A stretch of DNA of 31,737 nt from an uncultured Litorilinea sp. (GTDB lineage Bacteria > Chloroflexota > Anaerolineae > Caldilineales > Caldilineaceae): contig CAYJQA010000002.1 in assembly GCA_964372065.1 (NCBI GenBank), forward strand, positions 1,453 through 33,189. The letters are read 5' to 3'. Below, piece by piece: positions 26,404 to 31,737 of the stretch. The notes beneath the pieces were generated by a model. It saw only the letters and a list, made by a program, of their open reading frames with translations, had not been told where the DNA came from and searched no databases. The translations under genes were made by a program, and so were the position numbers. How positions within the stretch are numbered: position 1 is the first letter of the stretch; the number at the start of each line of letters is the position of its first letter.

Positions 26404-27969
26404 TCAGCGCGCGACGTACCGCTGCACGGTCAATCCGTCCCAGGACCACGTTTGCGCCAGGCGCAGGCGGCGCGTTAGCGCGTCGGGGATGAGGCCGTCC
26501 GGGTCGGTGTACCACCAGTGGGAATAGACGAGCCAGAGTTGGCCGCGCCCTGCGATGTGGCTGTCCAGTCGCGGCAGATCGGCTGCGGTCATGGACGGCT
26601 CCAACTCACCCCGGTCAAAGAGATCGACGGGCAGGCCACGCCGTGCCGCCGCCAGGTCGTCCGGCGGCAAGTAGTAGTCAAAGGGCAGTTGCACCCAAGA
26701 CGCGTTGAAGAGGATCAGGTCGCCCGGCAGCGCGGCCGCCCGTACGACGGCCGCGGCCTTGTCCCACGCTTCCTTCTCGTAGGCCGTCAGATAGGACCAC
26801 ACGCCCACACCGCTGAGGACCAGCAGCGCGCCGCCCGCCATCCAACCCGGCAGCCGCCCGCGCCCCGCCCGCGCGCCGGGCGGCTGCGCCACGACGCCAC
26901 GGGCCATGAGTAACGCATACGGCAGGATGGTCCAGATCAGCGTGCGGTCATAGAAGATGGGCCGCCGCAGACTCACCGCCAGTTCCAGCAGCGCCGGCAG
27001 CAGCCAGAGCGACAGCAGCAGCCAGGCCAGCCCCGGCTGGTCTGAACGCGCCCGCACCCCGCGCCAGGCGAGCCACAGCCCCAGCACAGGCCACACGCCA
27101 CGCAGCGGGAACGTCACCGGCAGTTGAGCGACGGTCAAATTGCCCAGCGTCTCCCAGACAAACGCAAGCGTCGGCGCGGGCACCCAGAAGTGCGCGTCCA
27201 CTACCCGCGCTTGGGCCAGGAAGGGACCTGCCCACGGCAGCCAGAGCGCCAGGGCCAGCCCTTGCGCCGCCAGCCAGCGCCCCAACCAGCCCCGATCCGC
27301 CTGGGCGGGCCACGGCAGGGTCATGCGCCCCAGCCGCCATGCCCCCCACGCGCCCAGCACGCCCACATTGAGCGCCACGGGCGCCAGGATCGTCGCGGTG
27401 TTGTGCAGCCACATGGCCGCGGCCTGCGCCGTCGCCAGCCCCAGCACCGCGCGGATAGCTTGTCGCCGCGACGGTTGGCGCGGCGTGAGCAGATTTGCCG
27501 TGAAGACCAGCATGGCGGCCACGGCCAGCGTCAGCAGGGCGTACATCCGCGCTTCTTGGCCGTAGCGCACCAGAAACGGCGACAGCGTGACCAGGAGCGT
27601 CGCCGCCAGGGCCACGCTCCGACCTGTCAGCTTGACCGCGGCGGCATAGAAAATCGGGATCGCGAGCGTTCCGGCCAGCGCGGAAAGACCTCGCGCCGCG
27701 GCCGCCGTCGCGCCCGTCCCGGCCAGCCACCCATGCAGGAGCAAATAGTAGAGGGGTGGATGGTGGTCAATCTGGACCACCCAGTGCAGCAGATCGGCGG
27801 GTGTCTGACCGGCCATCCACAGACTGAAGGCTTCGTCCAGCCACAGCGTCTTGGCTTCCAGCGCCCACCCGCGCAGCCCACCCCCGACGACTGTCAGCAG
27901 CGCAACCGCGGCCCATGCCATACGATTTGGGGATTGGGCCGTGTCCGCGCTATGGTGAGGCGCGATCAT
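26404..27969 (-). CDS. GT-C fold membrane glycosyltransferase (GT39/PMT_2-like)
   Basis: LWLDEAFS (DE motif after TM1), DHHPPLYYLLLH, RGLSALAG, SPFLVRYGQEARMY; multiple TM segments. Start could be 27978, 27969 or 27921. Confidence 0.85.
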   Translation of the reverse strand: MIAPHHSADTAQSPNRMAWAAVALLTVVGGGLRGWALEAKTLWLDEAFSLWMAGQTPADLLHWVVQIDHHPPLYYLLLHGWLAGTGATAAAARGLSALAGTLAIPIFYAAAVKLTGRSVALAATLLVTLSPFLVRYGQEARMYALLTLAVAAMLVFTANLLTPRQPSRRQAIRAVLGLATAQAAAMWLHNTATILAPVALNVGVLGAWGAWRLGRMTLPWPAQADRGWLGRWLAAQGLALALWLPWAGPFLAQARVVDAHFWVPAPTLAFVWETLGNLTVAQLPVTFPLRGVWPVLGLWLAWRGVRARSDQPGLAWLLLSLWLLPALLELAVSLRRPIFYDRTLIWTILPYALLMARGVVAQPPGARAGRGRLPGWMAGGALLVLSGVGVWSYLTAYEKEAWDKAAAVVRAAALPGDLILFNASWVQLPFDYYLPPDDLAAARRGLPVDLFDRGELEPSMTAADLPRLDSHIAGRGQLWLVYSHWWYTDPDGLIPDALTRRLRLAQTWSWDGLTVQRYVAR

Positions 27970-28024
27970 GCTAGACACCTTCGTCGTCGAGCGTGCAGTT
28001 TTTCACGTCAAAAGGAGCGCAACT

Positions 28025-28492
28025 ATGCGTATTGCCGTTGGCGGCGACCATGCCGGCTTTCCCCTCAAAGGCCCGGTCATCGCGTTGCTGCAAAGCTGGG
28101 GCCACGAAGTCACCGATCACGGCAGCTACACGCCCGACCCGGTGGACTTCCCCGACATTGCCAAGTTGGTCTGCGGCCAAGTGCGGGCGGGTGAGGCTGA
28201 CCGCGGGGTGATGGTCTGCGGCACGGGCGTGGGCGCGGCCATCGCCGCCAACAAGACGCCCGGCATCCGTGCGGCTGTCTGTCACGACTCCTATTCGGCG
28301 CATCAATGCGTGGAACATGACGACGTCAATGTACTGTGCATGGGCGCGCAGATCGTCGGCAGCAAACTGGCCGAGGAAATCGTGGCCGCGTTCCTGCGCG
28401 CCGAGTTCAGCACCGCGCCGGAGTTTCGGCGGCGCGTGCAGAAGCTCCACGAGTTGGAACGTTGGGCCGCGCACGACGTCCTCAACCGCTGA
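28025..28492 (+). CDS. rpiB: Ribose-5-phosphate isomerase B (RpiB/LacA/LacB)
   Basis: IAVGGDHAGF, DFPD, CGTGVG..IAANK.PGIRAA, HDDVNVLCMG, F..RV.K. SD AAGGAG. Confidence 0.93.
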   Translation: MRIAVGGDHAGFPLKGPVIALLQSWGHEVTDHGSYTPDPVDFPDIAKLVCGQVRAGEADRGVMVCGTGVGAAIAANKTPGIRAAVCHDSYSAHQCVEHDDVNVLCMGAQIVGSKLAEEIVAAFLRAEFSTAPEFRRRVQKLHELERWAAHDVLNR

Positions 28493-29585
28493 CCGGCGGG
28501 ACCGTCACCCACCGCCCCTCACGGTGCGAGGTGATGGCCGCCTCGATCACTTCCTGGACGATGACCCCGTCCCATAGGCTCGGTGTGGGTTGACGGCCGG
28601 CGAGGAGGCAGTCGATAAAGTAGCGGTCACCCGCGGGCTGGCTGTTGAAGGCGTCGGCAAAGGCTTCCGGCGCGAGACCGCCCAAGATGTGGTCGGGGAT
28701 GGGCAGGTCCGCATAGAGACCGTCCGGAGCGCCGGCCGCGCGCACGGCCGTGCTCACCCCGGCGTTGCCGAAATTGCCGAAGGCGAAATCGGCTTCCACG
28801 CTGCCCGCGTCGCCGTAAAGCCGTACGTGCTGTTCCATGCCCCGCCCGCCGGTGTGGATCACCGCGGACGTATGGATGATCCCCTGGCTGCCGTTGGCGA
28901 ACTCCAGCGCCAACAGCGCGGCGTCGTTGGCGGGCGTCACCGGCCGACCGTCCGGGTGGGTGCGCGGGACGTACGCGCCCAGGTGCGCAGCCACGCGCAC
29001 GATGTCGCCGTTGAGCCAGCGCGCCAGGTCAATCAGATGCGAACCCAAGTCGCCCAGGATGCCGTTGGCGCGGTCGCCATCCAGCCGCCAGCGATAGCGC
29101 CCGTCGCGCCCGTTCCCGTGGAAGTACGCGATCTGGCAGTGGGTCGGCTGGCCGACGCGCCCGGCGTCGACCAACTCGCGCAGGAAGCGCGTGTGCGGAA
29201 ACCAGCGCAGGGTGAAAAAGGTCATGTGCTTGACGCCCGCGGCATCGGCGGCCCCGGCCATCGTGCGCGCTTCGGCCGCGGTCAGCGCCAGCGGCTTTTC
29301 GCAGACCACATGCAGTCCGGCGTCGATGGCGGCCATGCACATCGGGTAGTGCAAGTCATCCGGCGCGGCGATCACTACGGCGTCCATCAGCCCGGACTGG
29401 AACATGGCGCGCCAGTCGGTGAAAACGTGGGGCACACCGAACTTGGCCGCCATCTCGGCGGCGCGCGCCGCATTGCGCCCGCAAATCGCGGTGACGGACG
29501 CTTGCGGGTGGCTGGTCAGGCTGGGCAAGTGCATGGAATCCGCATACCAACTGGTCCCAACCATCCCAACGCGTACCTTGTCCAT
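28482..29585 (-). CDS. Gfo/Idh/MocA family oxidoreductase
   Basis: RVGMVGTSW, GLHVVCEKP, GILGDLGSHLIDLARWL. 3' end overlaps rpiB by 11 bp. Confidence 0.92.
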   Translation of the reverse strand: MDKVRVGMVGTSWYADSMHLPSLTSHPQASVTAICGRNAARAAEMAAKFGVPHVFTDWRAMFQSGLMDAVVIAAPDDLHYPMCMAAIDAGLHVVCEKPLALTAAEARTMAGAADAAGVKHMTFFTLRWFPHTRFLRELVDAGRVGQPTHCQIAYFHGNGRDGRYRWRLDGDRANGILGDLGSHLIDLARWLNGDIVRVAAHLGAYVPRTHPDGRPVTPANDAALLALEFANGSQGIIHTSAVIHTGGRGMEQHVRLYGDAGSVEADFAFGNFGNAGVSTAVRAAGAPDGLYADLPIPDHILGGLAPEAFADAFNSQPAGDRYFIDCLLAGRQPTPSLWDGVIVQEVIEAAITSHREGRWVTVPPVSG

Positions 29586-29666
29586 CGGTCTGCTCCCTAC
29601 TATGGTGCGTCGTGGGGCGTGTTGCCACCGCCGGCATCAACGCATTGGGTGGAACCGTCCCGGCAC

Positions 29667-29699
29667 AAAGAAAGCCGCCAACCGACTCGATCCGGCGGC
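29667..29699 (-). terminator. Intrinsic terminator ~80 nt upstream of the Gfo/Idh/MocA start
   Basis: GCCGCC/GGCGGC stem (29674-29699) with additional inner pairing, followed on the minus strand by TTTCTTT. Confidence 0.65.
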
Positions 29700-29822
29700 G
29701 GGTGCGCGTGCCAGCGGGCACGGGGAGATAATCGATAATCCTCAGCCCTGCCGGCGTGACTCTCGCCGTCCAGGCTGGCTCATCGTCAGTGTTGCAGCCA
29801 CTCCCGGCGGGCGTCGGATGTC

Positions 29823-29851
29823 ACATTACATCTGCCCAGGGGGGAAGTCAA
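29823..29851 (-). promoter_or_regulatory. Sigma70-type promoter pointing toward the terminator and Gfo gene
   Basis: Minus strand TTGACT (29851-29846), 17 nt, TAATGT (29828-29823). Confidence 0.6.
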
Positions 29852-30119
29852 CTGGCCCGGCGCAGGGCAATAAGGCGTTTTCATGTTGCAATAGCGCCGA
29901 TCCACTGCAACGCAACTTGCAGATGGTAGCGGCAGTAGCACGCCCAGGGGGCTCCCATGCCCGCGGCGGTGTTGCCAATACGCTTCGTATTGCCTGGTCT
30001 ACAGCGCAATCTGGCGCATTGGCTGATCCGGCGGCTGCGCCCTGCTCCGTGCTGAACCCTTGCTCCGCCAATATGGGTGAAGGAGCAAAGCTGGTGCCGG
30101 TCCGCGGCCCATGACGAAT

Positions 30120-30818
30120 CTACATACGCCCGTACTTCGCGAACACCTCGTAGATCGAAATGCCGGCGGCCAAATCGCGCCGTGTACCCGCTTCCCGCTC
30201 TTCGACTCCTTCAGCCCTGAGCAGGGCTTCATAGGCAACCGCCTGGGGGACGACCATGACGCCGTCGGCATCACCGACGATCCAATCACCCGGATCAACC
30301 CGCACAAGTCGAGTCAGCGTTCCACTCATGTAGATGGGACACAGCAAGTCTTCTGCCTGCCAGCGTTTGGAGGATTCAATCGGTGAAGTATAGCGAGTGA
30401 ACATGGGCCAGCCCGGAATGCGAATTAGCCCCAACAGGTCACGGGAGCCGCCGTCAATGACAACCCCGGATGCTCCAGCTTGCCGAGCGGCGTAACTCAT
30501 CATTTCACCCCACTGGCCGGTCTGGTCTTCCCGCTCGGCGTTTATAGTCACGACACAACCAGGGAACATCGGCTTGAAGATCCCCCAATCGGCGAACTTA
30601 TCTCGTTGAGGCAGTTCATGATCCTCGCGCGGCTCCCGTGTGCCGCGAACGGTAAAGGCGGGGCCGGCCACGTGCATCTCTAGGGTCAAGGGCTTGATTT
30701 CCAGAGAAAGGCATTGGTTGGGCATATCCATCCGGTCCAACACATCGAAGATAGTGGCCGACGCACACTTGCGGTACCGGGCCGCCATTTCGTCAACAGG
30801 TAATGGTGAGACCTTCAT
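30120..30818 (-). CDS. RraA family / HMG-aldolase-like protein
   Basis: AGPAFTVRG, WGEMM...A...GASGVVIDGGSRD, VDPGDWIVGDADGVMVVP. Alternative GTG start at 30833. Confidence 0.88.
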   Translation of the reverse strand: MKVSPLPVDEMAARYRKCASATIFDVLDRMDMPNQCLSLEIKPLTLEMHVAGPAFTVRGTREPREDHELPQRDKFADWGIFKPMFPGCVVTINAEREDQTGQWGEMMSYAARQAGASGVVIDGGSRDLLGLIRIPGWPMFTRYTSPIESSKRWQAEDLLCPIYMSGTLTRLVRVDPGDWIVGDADGVMVVPQAVAYEALLRAEGVEEREAGTRRDLAAGISIYEVFAKYGRM

Positions 30819-30942
30819 CGGTTGCCTTTCCACCTCGGTGACCTGATCGGCACATCGGTTTTGTCGAAATGCCGAGAAATCCGGATTGAGCTGTTATTGC
30901 ACCACACCCCGGAAGCGGGCGGCCACACACGGGTGAGCCACC

Positions 30943-31737
30943 TCAGAGATACAACCGGACGGTCTGGAACTGATGAGGACGCAATGCAAAATGCACTCGG
31001 CCGTCCTGCATTTCCAGCGATTCTGCCTCTTCCTCCAGCAGGTTGACTTTTTCCGCATGACGGACCGTGAAGGGGAAGGCAAGAGCCACATCCGCCGCGC
31101 GCCCGGCGCACTCCAGCACCCGCACGATCAGCGCGTCCCGCTGGAAATCAGACGGCTTGAACGCGGTAATGGTCACGTGTTGTGGGACCACATCAACCGC
31201 GCTAGGACTCACTCTGTCCGGCGCACGCTGTGAGTCCGGTCCGTCACCATCCACCAGACAGGCGACGCTGTTGAGGCTCTCCTCACCTACTCGATACGAC
31301 TGACCCTCCCGCCAATCGCCGGCATGGGGCCGGATTCGGAAGGTCCACTGGTGAAAGCCTGGGTTTAGGCTCCATAGGTTGCCGTCGCCGCAACTAAACT
31401 GGGTGCGGAGAAGAGAGGCGTGTAGTTCAGCGTCGTTAATCCACCAACAGGTGGCACGGGTACCGATTGTAACGCCGTGGTAGGTGTAGTTGAGATCGAG
31501 CCAGCCGATCACTTCCCGAAAATGCTGACGATCGTCCGGCGCAAGCATATCCATGGTCTCTGCGGCTCCCTGACTGAGGGTGAACTCGTCCTTGATACCG
31601 TCGCCGTGCAGCATTTCCGGCCAGCGTACCGCACCAAACGGAACTCCATACCAGGTTTCCACAAAGTCATTGGTCGAGAATGGGAAGCAGAGACGCAGGT
31701 GTTCCTCGCGTTTGCCCCACCACCACAAGCGCAGGGT
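30943..31737 (-). CDS. Glycoside hydrolase family 38 (alpha-mannosidase-like), C-terminal domains; 5'-truncated at window edge
   Basis: SLLRT, FRIRPHAGDW, VTITAFKPS, LIVRVLE..G, KVNLLEE, LRPHQFQTVRL are typical of GH38 C-terminal beta domains. Frame is open to 31737. Confidence 0.78.
   Translation of the reverse strand, partial: TLRLWWWGKREEHLRLCFPFSTNDFVETWYGVPFGAVRWPEMLHGDGIKDEFTLSQGAAETMDMLAPDDRQHFREVIGWLDLNYTYHGVTIGTRATCWWINDAELHASLLRTQFSCGDGNLWSLNPGFHQWTFRIRPHAGDWREGQSYRVGEESLNSVACLVDGDGPDSQRAPDRVSPSAVDVVPQHVTITAFKPSDFQRDALIVRVLECAGRAADVALAFPFTVRHAEKVNLLEEEAESLEMQDGRVHFALRPHQFQTVRLYL

Noticed and set aside
28482-28492. Convergent 3' overlaps (rpiB/Gfo 11 bp; 20384-20387 4 bp)
   Set aside because: Common in compact GC-rich genomes; no sign of special function.
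29647-29660. T-box-like GGGTGGAACCGTCCC on the + strand
   Set aside because: No room for stem I or a specifier, no A2 helix, and no + strand gene downstream.
29727-29740. Tandem GATAATC-GATAATC resembling a Fur box
   Set aside because: Lacks the inverted ATTATC half, lies within the predicted leader, and has no iron-related gene adjacent.
29757-29801. Hammerhead-like core (CUGACGA ... GAGA) on the minus strand
   Set aside because: The base after CUGANGA is U, GAGA replaces GAAA, stem I cannot form, and the triplet would be CUG rather than NUH. Kept only as part of the candidate leader.
29826-30071. 81-aa ORF, and a neighbouring frame reading ...QYEAYWQ reminiscent of a transposase C-terminus
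   Set aside because: TTG start without SD, atypical composition, interrupted frames; the similarity is too short to support.
1-31737. CRISPR arrays, tRNA/rRNA genes, integrases, transposases
   Set aside because: No regularly spaced direct repeats, T-loop/cloverleaf signatures or recombinase motifs were seen on manual reading.

Overview
GC-rich bacterial DNA. Gene repertoire and style suggest Chloroflexota, which is an inference. About 30 densely packed CDSs, dominated by sugar and sugar-acid metabolism: GH29 fucosidase, GPH-family MFS transporter, uronate isomerase UxaC, FGGY gluconokinase-like kinase, an enolase-superfamily dehydratase, four Gfo/Idh/MocA dehydrogenases, aldo/keto reductase, SGNH esterase, RpiB, RraA/HMG-aldolase-like protein and a partial GH38. 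There is also a small chaperone cluster (65-aa basic protein, cold-shock protein, SlyD). I found no rRNA, tRNA, CRISPR array or intact transposase. Best leads: (1) a GHMP kinase with the motif set of plant galacturonokinase (GalAK) rather than galactokinase, in an operon with an RmlA-type sugar-1-P nucleotidyltransferase and a uronate-dehydrogenase-like SDR, a candidate bacterial uronic-acid salvage route to NDP-uronate; (2) a ~1300-aa secreted multi-propeller/Ig di-heme (bCcP/MauG-superfamily) protein, apparently on a leaderless mRNA; (3) a promoter-to-terminator structured RNA leader with a possible switch, upstream of a Gfo/Idh/MocA gene; (4) a CTAG-bounded REP-doublet/MITE-like element. 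All assignments come from manual motif reading and recalled family consensus; no searches were run.
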